From Phoronis australis (taxonomy: Eukaryota; Animalia; Phoronida), in assembly GCA_002633005.1 (NCBI GenBank), contig NMRA01000231.1, positions 86,351 to 150,350 of the forward strand: 64,000 bases of DNA, given 5' to 3'. This document shows, one piece after another, positions 12,301-22,900 of the stretch; position 1 is the stretch's first letter, and each line of letters starts with the position of its first letter. The notes below the pieces were generated by a model that was not told the DNA's origin, did no database searches, and saw only the letters and a list, made by a program, of their open reading frames with translations. The translations under genes were made by a program, and so were the position numbers.

Positions 12301-14127
12301 TTGAGTCTGAATGAGTCTGCTTGTTTTTACAACTTCCTGTAGATGGCGTGGTTGGTGAGAAGAAACGAAGAAAGAAAACCAGTGCCTCGGAAACATCAGA
12401 GGTCACAGAGGGGTCAGAGGACCATGGAGCAAGTATTGCAGACAAGGAAGATGTGAATCAGAAGAAGAAAAAGAAGAAAAGGAAAAACCCGGAGGGTGAC
12501 AAAATGGGTGACAGGGGTGATGTAGGGAATGAAGGTTTTGGCGAAGTGAAGAGAAATGGCGAGAAAGAGAGGACTTCCGTTGACACTAATGGTGGCGAGG
12601 GTGATGTTCCTGGGAAATTGATGAAGACAAAATCTAAAAAGTCACTGGATGGGAATCAGACACTAAATGGGTTTGTTGACAAAGGGTCAGAATCTGTCCC
12701 CAAAAAGAAGAAGAAGGGTGTGAAAAGTGGAACAGATGCAAGTTCAGCGTCATTGAAGACAGATCAACTGTTTGACGAAGCTGCTTGGGGGGAAGAAGTC
12801 GTGTCAAAAAAGAAGAAAAGAAAGTCTAGTGCTACTGCTAACTCCTTTATTGAATCCAATGCTTCAAGTGATGCAGGTACTGGAGATTTTGGTAAAGAGA
12901 CAATAGTCAGGAAGAGTAAGAAAGGGGCAAAAGTTGCTGATTTGACTGAAATGTCACCAGTTAGAGTGGAATGTGTTGCTAATGATAATTTGCAAAAAGC
13001 TGTCACCGTAAGTCCAGGCAAACCCCGAAAATCTACCAATAACGAAGCTCCTGACTTGACACAAACTTTTGCCAAAATTGAGAAGTTGAAGACTACTCCA
13101 CCTGCGTTTGTCCGTAAAGCCTTGTCAAAGGTCACTCCTCGTACAGAACCGAAGAAAAAGTTGGCTGTTAAGTCCACTCCCATGTCGGAACCATCGCAAG
13201 GGAAACGAGTCAGTTTCATCATGAGCAAAAACACAATGCAAGGTAAGAATATAGTTCAAATCCCATATAATGTGGATGGGAAGTATGAACCTACTGCTGT
13301 ATACAGTGTTTTAACACCTTTCCTGTTATCGTGATGCTTGCAAATACCCACTGCTGTGTGGTGGGTTGTACTAATGCCTCACAGAAAAAGACGAGCCTTT
13401 TGAAATGTCAGTGGATGTACAAGGACATCATGTTTCATACATTTTCCAAACCAGTGACTGCAGCTGATAAAGCGGGAGATTTTCGATCCCAGCAAGTGTC
13501 AAAAGGCTAAAATATATCAGTGAAACTAATCAAGTAGACAAGTGAGAGGGGCTAACACTGGAATTCATTTTTCTCCTTTTAAGTTACTGATGAACCACTG
13601 TGTAGTAATTGACTTTCTGCTCACCCAAACCTTTGTGGGGAGAAAGATGAAGTCACTTTCATGCTCTCATTAATGTAGAGAGCGCCAATATGAAGAGTCC
13701 CCTATTGGGAATGAGCTTGCAAAGTAATCCGTCGCAATTTCGACAAACTGCATTGAGGAATGTCTGTCTAGACTTACTAGCCAGAATTAAAAAAGGGAAA
13801 ATAGTTTTTTATTTTTTATTTATAGTTGTCCTGCATTTTGAAAGTCGTTTATGATAATCCAGTTTATTTTGAAAACTGGCAACTCTACTTCACCTTGGTC
13901 ACGGGTTACACGTACTGTATGGCCGCTAACTAATAATGACTTAATCTATTTTTTCAGAATTCAAGAAGAACACCCCTTTAGCTAGTCCATCCACCCCTGT
14001 GAACCTCAGTGGTCAACCTAATCAGGGAATACTGAAGTCGACACCAGTGTCCGCCAGCTCAAAGGGCAAGAAGAAGTTTACAAGTGTGACCAAGGCAAAG
14101 AGATCAAAGGCAGCGGATTTCTTTTAG
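329..14127 (+). CDS. RRP1B: Ribosomal RNA processing protein 1 homolog B-like (Nop52 domain + basic low-complexity C-terminus); 9 coding exons: 329-464, 3488-3570, 3904-4047, 5149-5337, 6147-6211, 7260-7493, 8486-8643, 12343-13242, 13958-14127 (~692 aa)
   Basis: Spliced translation gives Nop52 motifs [43 protein letters not shown] and [17 protein letters not shown]. It also has an RVxF motif (KRVSF), QGILK, and the C-terminus RSKAADFF*, typical of RRP1B. All introns are GT-AG with matching phases; total 2079 nt, divisible by 3. Confidence 0.92.
674..2223. mobile_element. Old element (or inverted pair of repeats) with ~185-bp diverged inverted repeats (674-858 / 2042-2223) enclosing a G/T-rich core
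   Basis: GAAGCTTTTCGGTGAATTATGCCTC...CATAGAGGAACACCTTAG matches the reverse complement of CTAAGGTGCCCCTCTATG...GAGTCATAATTCGCCGAAAAGCTTC. Confidence 0.6.
2422..2786. mobile_element. Fold-back MITE-like element with >100-bp inverted arms
   Basis: GCAGCAGC...CTGGTATTAAAATCCTGAAAACTTGTA...TGAAACCAGTT versus AACTGGTTTCA...TACAAGTTTTTAGTATTTTAATACCAG...GCTGCTGC. Confidence 0.75.
8767..9083 (+). mobile_element. Helentron/HINE-like non-autonomous element with duplicated 3' end
   Basis: T-run followed by TGCACCC; short GTCTGTCTG; subterminal inverted copy GGGTGCA; ends CTTGTT. The 3' module occurs twice (~8973-9004 and ~9050-9082). Family assignment is from architecture only. Confidence 0.45.
9853..10350. 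mobile_element. hAT-like MITE with perfect 13-bp TIRs and a 6-bp TSD
   Basis: ATAGGG|CAGGGCTTGGAAT ... ATTCCAAGCCCTG|ATAGGG; multiple internal TTCCGCG subterminal motifs. Confidence 0.85.
10476..11351 (+). other. Duplicate, truncated copy of RRP1B exon 8 (probably the alternate haplotype retained by the assembler)
   Basis: About 99% identical to 12343-13218 by eye; ends at the single N (11352), before the splice donor. Confidence 0.8.
11722..12217. mobile_element. Second (duplicated-haplotype) copy of the same hAT-like MITE
   Basis: Same TIRs and the same ATAGGG TSD as 9853-10350. Confidence 0.85.
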
Positions 14128-15258
14128 TAAGAGGGTATTTTAGTTTGATTTTGTTTTAAATTTACTGAAATATCGATTGTCAAACAGGTAACTGAAATTA
14201 TATTTCGATTTTAGTATTGAATATTGTTGGTGTGCTGATCTTTGGAAACTGCATTATTGGTCACTTAATGTTACATTCCTAGGATTGGTTGTCGTAAAAT
14301 GTACTCTGTGTTTTACTGCCGTAAACTTTTTCCTTGGACTTGTTGTATGTAATGAGAAAATCAAATTCACAATTGGTTCCCAGGTCTGGAAATAGGATTT
14401 GTCAAAAGGTGATCATCCTATACGGCCAGTGGAATGAAGCATACTTGCTGAATTTATGTCCACAGAAGTATGTAGCTTGGAATCACCTAAAAACAAATTT
14501 TCTGGCATAATCCTTGTCTTGTCTACCATGATCTTAACATGTGCGTACACATTGACTTATCTCATTGTCCATGATCTTAACATGTGTGTGCATATTGTGT
14601 TGACATGTTATCTGCTTCAAATTTACACAAAAATTTTGCAGCGTATTTTGAACAAGTGTCCACTCATATTGTTGGCTACAAGTTTATTAAGAAATATTCG
14701 CTCATCACTTCTGTCTTCCTCCACCAACCACATGAATGATACGTTTAGCCAAGTAACATTTGACTACACCATTAAAGTGTATAATGATTTTCCAGTAAAT
14801 TAAATGCTCATGTTCTTCTAGTGTATCAAATTTCTCAGATTATCAGTAGGATTTCTTGCACTTGCTCGACTTCCCCAGTTCTGCCAGTTCAATCGTCTGA
14901 GACGTCTTAAATAGTTTGTAAGATGGAAGCGGTCATTGAAAACCAACCAGGTGTTTCAGCCAGTTGATTCTGTGGAACTAGTAAAGTGAATCAAGTACAC
15001 CCAATGCAGTGTTGTCTAAATAATTGTCAATTTGTCAACTCACTCATTGTTGGTGCGTTCCACAACGCTAGATAATTACGTGCATAAGATCATACAAGTA
15101 TATGCGAGATATCGGCATCCGTCACAAACAGTTGTCTTGCACTACGGAACGTAGCCCTGGTGTGAAATGTGTGCGTTAGATTTTTGGCTTGAAACTTAGA
15201 TTTCTTTGCCACGAATATGTGAACACCAAACTACTTGGGTGGTTTAGAGATGTCTAAA

Positions 15259-15264
15259 TTTATT
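15259..15264 (-). promoter_or_regulatory. Candidate polyadenylation signal of M13 paralogue A
   Basis: First minus-strand AATAAA (plus-strand TTTATT) seen downstream of the stop at 16977. Confidence 0.35.
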
Positions 15265-15500
15265 CTTCAAACATTGTACAAACGTGTTTACATAGGTTTG
15301 GACCATCATACATTACAAATATTAGATCTTACTTTTAAAGCCTTGAATGATGTCTCAGCATGTATACTGCATTGTCAGTTTGTACAAAACTGATTTAATA
15401 TAAACTACAATTAAACTATCGCTAAACTACCACTACTTTTACATATGTATTATGAATGCAACTTTGACTGAAACCATTGCACACCGTGGTGACCTTTTCA

Positions 15501-15506
15501 AATAAA
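15501..15506 (+). promoter_or_regulatory. Candidate polyadenylation signal of RRP1B
   Basis: First canonical AATAAA seen after the stop at 14127, followed by a GT/T-rich tract (GGATGTTGGTTCTTTTTT). Confidence 0.45.
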
Positions 15507-16976
15507 AATATACTCTTTCTGTAAACTGGATGTTGGTTCTTTTTTACCTTGGTGCTGCTGCATTCGTGGTTCTGCAAACTACAGCTCCATAGGTGTACAT
15601 GTTTTCACTGGGAATATTTTGGTTTTGTACATGCATCTGAAGTTTTAACCATCAGTTATTGGTCTTTGCTAATTTCTGTTCAGCCCAGTATTCTCCTTAG
15701 TGCTAGTACTAACAGCCATATGTGCCTACATGTAACTGGAACCAGGAAGCTATGTTCCCAGTTAAAACAAAATGCAATTGATGGTATGGCAAATAATCAA
15801 ATACGTTGATTGATTTAAAGAGGCATGGAATGCGAAAGATCATCAAAAATATCTTTTCAGCAATTCCTGATTTAAGTACCATGTTTCAAGGTCTAGTACA
15901 GAGGTATTCAGTTTCCCCCATGAGGAAATTTCCAGAAATAAATCTCAAATTTCACAGTTCCGAAATACACTCGAAGGGAAAACTGTGGTTACCACTGCAA
16001 ACATGTGTTCACAATCAGTTGCTTGCGGTCAAAGGTCACATTTTCCATATATGGGAAATATGCTACTTCTAGGTCTTGCCATACCAAATGAGTGGTGCTT
16101 TGCCTTGTGGGAGAAAATTTGTCCAAGTGGTTAGCAGTTGATAGAAGTTTTTTTTTTGAAATTTGAAACTAAAAGAAAATGTTTTGATATTTACAGAAAT
16201 TAAACATTTTCATGATCAAATCCTAAAAATACCTGGTGAATAGGTTGGATTCTGTTTCAGTGGCAGACAACCACTTTCAATATTGCAATTTAGTCTGTTT
16301 ATCAGTTCCAGACCTCTCTAAGGGACATTTCCTGCTCAGTCGCTACCCAGAACGGAAATAATAAACCAAGTTGCTTCATCTCTAACGGGAAATATTCAAC
16401 CTGCCCATACCCAACCAGACCAAGCATGGCATCAATAAGTAACAACGGTGCCAAATGCTTCCTGAGCTGTCCAGTGTGGCCAACCCTTCCAAAACTGCCC
16501 TGATCTTCCGCTTGGTTTCGTATTTGTTTTTGGTGGCCATAATCCACTGCTGTTTTTGGAACAAGTGGATCAGCTTCTTGGCAGTTTTCACCCTTGTGTC
16601 GATCATTAATAGGAAGAAAATGTCCCCTGGCGAAAGATTCACTACATACATGCCTACTCATTGTCTGCCATTCTCTCTAGAAGTACATGTATGTAGTCGC
16701 TGTTGTACCTAGTACTTCACTCTTACTGTGATATAAATGCTATGATAAAGAAACTGCTTAGTGAAAGTTCTGTTCAAAAGGATCTATATGGAGTGAACAA
16801 AGTTCTTAAAAGTATATGATTCTGGCTGTGGCGATGTGTTGGCGCCAATATACAATGCACCTTCCCTGACATTATGCTCATTAAAACATGCTGCTAAATG
16901 TCTAAATATCTAATGATATAGAACCATGAAGTGTTAAACCAGTGCTAAATACACCTTTTTTTCTATATACAGGAGT

Positions 16977-19900
16977 TTAGAACATGCTGCACTGGTCGGC
17001 CGCATTCATTTTAGACTTTGCGGCACACTTGAAGGCATCTCTGAACTCTTTCAAGTGAGACAGGGCACCGTTGATCCTGCAAGCAAACACTTGGGTCATT
17101 CACATTTACATGATTGATAATTTGAAAGTTGAAGCTTGTGGTGTCCTTTTGGTGTGTGTAACCGACCTGCGCACGCGCACTTTGCCGTTCCACGTGCTGC
17201 TACCGAGAGGATAAATTTGATTGCTCAACAGCCAGTTTCGCCGCCTTCAAGCACATTGATTGTTCAGCATTCTCACCTCATTCGATGACACTGCGCGTTT
17301 GTAGCTTGAGAGTTGAGTTCGGCTTAACTGACATGTCATTTTAATCGTTATTTTTCGCATTATAAGCGTTGGGAAATATAATCATAGCATTGTCAAGTGT
17401 TCACCGTAATTTCTCAGCAAAATGTGTCTCCGCCATTCATTTATTTGGAACAACAATTGCAAGCAAATTTGCGACTTAAGATTTTTGTTAATTAGCTGTT
17501 TGGCCAACTGTAGAAAACTTGGTGTTCACTTACCGGAATTCTTCTGGCACGAACCCTCTCATGATCGCTTGGAATGCATAGACATCGTTACGGTTGTAAC
17601 AGTACGTCTGAAATCATTGAATTGTGATTTTCAAATCTGACTGCATGATTGTCTCTGTTCCGCCTACATGTAAGCTATGAAGACTTAAGCCTACCGCCCT
17701 GAACTTGGGCGCAAGTGTCAGACTTTCGTTGGGGTCAACTTGAAACTGCGAATGTAATGCATTTGAGCATGAATGCTCCATTTTTCATGTGCATACAATG
17801 TGTAAGGTATTAGAGAGAATGTCTCATTAATACGCCCTGGGCGCAAATCGCCATGCAAAAGCAACAGTAACAAACAGTAGAAACTTTGAAGCTGACTTGC
17901 GCCCAATCAATGACGGGATGTTTATACATGTGAATGTGGCGTCAAAAAAGTCCCCAACCTGGCAATGGACTGCTAAAATAAATCGCACACACCCCATTGG
18001 TGTGGAATTCAAGAAAGGGACTCCTGATCGCACGTGCGTGTTTCTAGGCCCATACTTTCGTGCAAGGATTAGAAGACAAATACCGGGAAACACTAACACG
18101 ATAGACAACCGTCTTCACGGCCGCGAACAGCGTTCTCATTGTAGGTTAATTATTTGGTACCCTACCAAAAATTCGAGATTTGGCCAACTTCGGAAACGAT
18201 GGACAACCTTCTTCACGGCCGCAAACAAGCGCTCTCATTGTAGGTTATTTGGGACCCTAACAAAAATGTCTAGATTTGGCCCACTCAGGAATGGGTGATC
18301 GGATGTATATGGAACTTTCACATACATGTTTTATACAATGGTCTCCAATCGTGGTTATTAATTGTCTTAAAATATTAATCTTTCCGTATGATGGAATATC
18401 AAAATATCGGATTTTAAACGAGTTTACTAGTGAAAAAAATTATAAGTTGCATGAAAACGAAAAATAACTAATACGAAAACTATAACAGCGTTTTAGAGAA
18501 TTCATCTTGAACATTTAATGACACGGTTTTGGTGTTGTTAGTGTATGATATACCTTCCTTTTTGCTAAATTATGTTAAAAAGAATTGCCCACGTTAATGG
18601 CAGATTGGCAAAAAGTCAAAATCAAATTCCACATGCTTTCTACTGAGTTCAAATTTATAGTTTTGTATCTTTTGTCGTTAATGGAGCTGAGCATATACTG
18701 TCAAGCACTGGAACTCGTGCCTTTTGTTATTGGTGAAAGGAATAGTGGTCAATGAGATGAAAAACTAAGAAGGAAATTTGCGGTTGATAAAAGCAAGTTG
18801 TTATGGGAACGGCCGTGAGAGACTGAGGATTGCCTGCTCTGTTTCCGGACTACTCTTATGGGGTATGGAATACCTCAACTTCAAGCGTTTCTTTTTATTT
18901 CTTATCCCCGGATGTGGACCAGTNGGCCGCAAACAAGCGTTCTCATTGTAGGTTATGTGGGACCCTAACAAAAATGTCTAGATTTCGCCCACTCAGGAAT
19001 GGGTGATCGGATGTATATGGAACTTTCACATACATGTTTTATACAATGGTCTCCAATCGTGGTTATTAATTGTCTTAAAATATTAATCTTTCCATATGAT
19101 GGAATATCAAAATATCGGATTTTAAACGAGTTTACTAGTGAAAAAATTATAAGTTGCATGAAAACGAAAAATAACTAATACGAAAACTATAACAGCGTTT
19201 TAGAGAATTCATCTTGAACATTTAAGGACACGGTTTTGGTGTTGTTATTGTATGATATACCTTCCTTTTTGCTAAATTATGTTAAAAAGAATTGCCCACG
19301 TTAATGGCAGATTGGCAAAAAGTCAAAATCAAACTCCACATGCTTTCTACCGAGTTCAAATTTATAGTTTTGTATCTTTTGTCGTTAATGGAGCTGAGCA
19401 TATACTGTCAAGCACTGGAACTCGTGCCTTTTGTTATTGGTGAAAGGAATAGTGGTCAATGAGATAAAAAACTAAGAAGGAAATTTGCGGTTGATAAAAG
19501 CAAGTTGTTATGGGAACGGCCGTGAGAGACTGAGGATTGCCTGCTCTGTTTCCGGACTACTCTTATGGGGTATGGAATACCTCAACTTCATGCGTTTCTT
19601 TTTATTTCTCATCCCCGGATGTGGACCAGTGTTCATAAGATCACGTGGTCATGTAAAGACTGTTGCCTTAGTGACCAGATGTCCGTGGAACATTCAGACG
19701 CGACAAATGTGCCAAGATATCGCCTTGCGTCTGGTAGTCGACTACTGTAACTACACATTTGATGCTGGCGTTCAAGTTGTGACAGCGGCCCTCTTAGTCA
19801 TTACATGTATGTCAACTAACCTGTCCGTAAGCGACGAAAAACGCCTGCTCCGATGTGAGGCCCAGGCCAGGCAAAAGCTTATCTTTCCCATGGTCAGCTG

Positions 19901-22900
19901 CATACTTCTTGTAAGAAAGGAAAGCATTCTGGACGCCGTATGTTTCCGCTATGGCTCGGCCTGCGTACTGTTTGGCGTGGATGATGATCTAATTTACGAA
20001 AATACACAATCCAATAATTATTAGTATTGTAAATTAGATGAATGAGTGATCTCATCTCTGTATAAGCTTCCGTGCACCATGATTTGGCAGTAGCAAAGAA
20101 ATTACGTCACGCTCATACACATAAAAACCGCCCTATGCACTCGTGCATCTTTCACCCCAGTCTCCAGTGAAGTTTTCAGCACATCAAAGGCTTGAGTGAT
20201 TGTGCCGTCACAGATTTAAATGACCCAGTCGCCTGGCCGAATGAGTGCTGTCGTAACAACGCGCCTGTCACGCGTACGAGTTCCAAAGTAAAACATGAAC
20301 CATAAATGAGGATAAAACGACCAACATGACTGTTTGAAAAATTGAAAAGTAAATATTAACAGTTTTCGAGTTTTTAAAATCGATACTTTATTAGAGAAAT
20401 TAGGTAATAGGTTTTCTTCAGGAGAGCTGTCGCATTCTGGGTGTCATGTTTTGGAGTTTCCCACCACTATCACACCTGGTCCTCTTAACCAATCTTATCA
20501 TTTTTTATAAATCGTCTTAAGACTATGACCCAAGGTAGCGCTTCTTGACCAATGATGTACCCACCTGAAAGTGGTGTATTTTCACTGTAAATCTGAATCC
20601 CATTAGTGACAAATCGCACAGGCGGTCAAACATATTAACGCGGGTGACGCTGTAGCCTACATGTACTGTGAAAGGGTGCAACACTGCTTTTGCCGTAAAC
20701 ATGATCGTACTTCACTATCAATATAGACGTCCGTCTTTGTAAACCAAGTCACGATAATAAATTGTGTGCCAACTGTAAAATCAAGATACGACCCCGCCCT
20801 TAGCTAAAACCGGTAACGCTAGTGTCTCGCTAGAAAAGCACACTTAGATCTCGCGTGATATCGCCTTGTATTTTCAATAGGAGCATGTGATTTTGTCTAG
20901 AATTTCTCGATACGAGACAGTTATTAAGCTCGGTACATGCGTGCGACCTTTGATGGAGGTATCTTGAGAAGAGGTGTTCTATTTCTGAAGAACCTCACCC
21001 TATATTTAGTTTTTCCGACTTGGTAGGGACCGACAGTTTTGTTGGTGTAATAGTCTTCGAAGCACTTTCTTCTGTCCAAGTACTGGTCGGAGCTTTGCGT
21101 TGACCACCAGTCCTTGATGTTACCGTCCCATGTGTAGTAGCTACCTGAAGAAACAACAGTACATGCGTGTTTTAACTCTATTAAAACTATTAGTGGAATA
21201 GTTTGCATGGGGTTGGGGGCAAACAAAATATCTTTTATAAGAGGCCCGTAGGAATTTAAACATTACCGACTTCGCCAAATGTTTACCCACGTGGCCCCCC
21301 GGAGTCTGATGCCTCCTTATTTCCACTACTTCAGACCCCCTGGTCGTTTTCAATTTTGCTCCTCTTTGCCACCGTTGTGCGGACTTTCTTGTTTGGTGGG
21401 CAAACCTCGTACAGGCAACCACCAGAAACTGGAAAACCCTGATGCTTCAAAGAGAAAATTTCGCGAGAAAACATTAAACCTGAGCACGTTACGCGGTTAG
21501 GGTATAATTTTTACCATAATTGGGTAATGAATTTCATTTCATTAGAGGACCAAAATCAGTCTTACGGGGTAAAAAAGTAGCTAAAGGAAACCCTAATACG
21601 AGAGTTCGAAATTTGGAGGAATACAGGGAGAGGCAGCATTGCCTCGGAGTGAGTAGGTGGGGCAAAGTATCGGAAATTTCGGTTGTGGTTTCGTTTAATT
21701 TCCGTCAGTAATTACAGTGAGACCCTAGGCCACAATTCACTTGGGGCGTATATTGAGGAAATTCCATGGTATAATGCAATGCACTGAAAAATGGATTCAC
21801 GTATTTCTACTGGGTGGTATCATTGTGAGGTCGGGAAAATGATAGAGAACCCCTGAATGCCATCAACCTGTGGTCGACATTCACCGAAACAGGAAGTACT
21901 TGGATTTAGGCAAAAACACGTTGTTTGGGAATCGGAAGATTAAGGTGTTCCACCGAAGCTTGCTAAATCATTGTCACTTGTTCTCATTAGCTTATTATGT
22001 AGTAATTGAGTGCATATTTTAATATGTGAATCAGAACGCTTACAGATTACCAGAAGAAAATGATAATGACTATATTCACGAGACAACACAATTTAAAAAC
22101 TGAAGGCACACATGACCCGCATTTTGAACTACCCTTCAAATTGCCAGACCCTTTTTTCAAATTGTTAAGTTATAGTATAGAAATTTAGGAGATTCTTGAA
22201 AGAATACGCGCCGGTCCTACTTGCCGTGCAACCGGAGAGTACGAAAGAGGGGGCATCCTATTGAGATTTCGGAAGCCCTTCCCCAAGAATTTTTCAGAAG
22301 TCATTCGTATTGACACGAATTCTTGTTCATTCTAATGGTATAGCCTAACAACAGTAGCGGATCTTGGATATCACAAGGGGGGCAACATTTTGTCTACAAA
22401 CATTTGCTCAAAGTACGATTGTAGATGCGCATGTAGATGGGGGAGGTCGGGAAATTTTTCTGTTTTTTCCTCTAAAAATCAAGCATTTCCCTTGATTCCC
22501 GAAGTATTATCCAAGAAAAAAGGCAAGAAAAATGCCGAGAAAGTGTCAAACAGGAAAAACTGCATGTACCACAGACTCGAATTCATGACCTGGCACTTAG
22601 AACGCGCGTACTTAACCACTCCACCACCACGATTTAACTACTAATTTGTTACTACGAGACCTACTTGTTTATGGTCCAAAGCGTTTGCGCGCGAAACCTC
22701 CTTCTTTTCGAAATGCTTATTACACGTTTTATATTTTGTGAATCAGTTCGAAACAAATTTGTTGTATTTAAAATAGTCTTCGATTGCCCAAGAGACCAAA
22801 TCCGTGTTTTGTGTTGGCAAAAATGACGCGATTGCTTTGGAAATCGTCTTAAGTTAAGGTTTGACAAAGAGAGAATTATGAGTTTGAGAGTGATTCACAA

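Larger units (their letters stand above)
9465..13218. repeat. Tandem ~1.87-kb near-identical duplication (9465-11351 and 11353-13218) separated by a single N
   Basis: Both copies start ATTCAAGG(G/T)ATAAAA(G/A)CAAGATGAC and end CAGTTTCA; the junction is exactly the N at 11352. Confidence 0.9.

Noticed and set aside
10897-13234. Minus-strand ORFs of 156-160 aa (10897-11379, 12764-13234)
   Set aside because: Antisense shadows of RRP1B exon 8 and its duplicate.
16302-16712. Three overlapping ORFs (85-119 aa), one hydrophobic
   Set aside because: No recognisable homology or convincing splice context; they lie in the probable 3' UTR of paralogue A.
17539-17640. In-frame TGA in an apparent minus-strand ORF (MQSDLKITIQ*FQTYC), considered as selenocysteine or readthrough
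   Set aside because: The TGA lies in the intron just before the TTTCAG acceptor of M13-A exon 11.
19485-20024. 179-aa plus-strand ORF
   Set aside because: TTG start, partly inside the duplicated intron sequence and partly antisense to M13-A exon 10.
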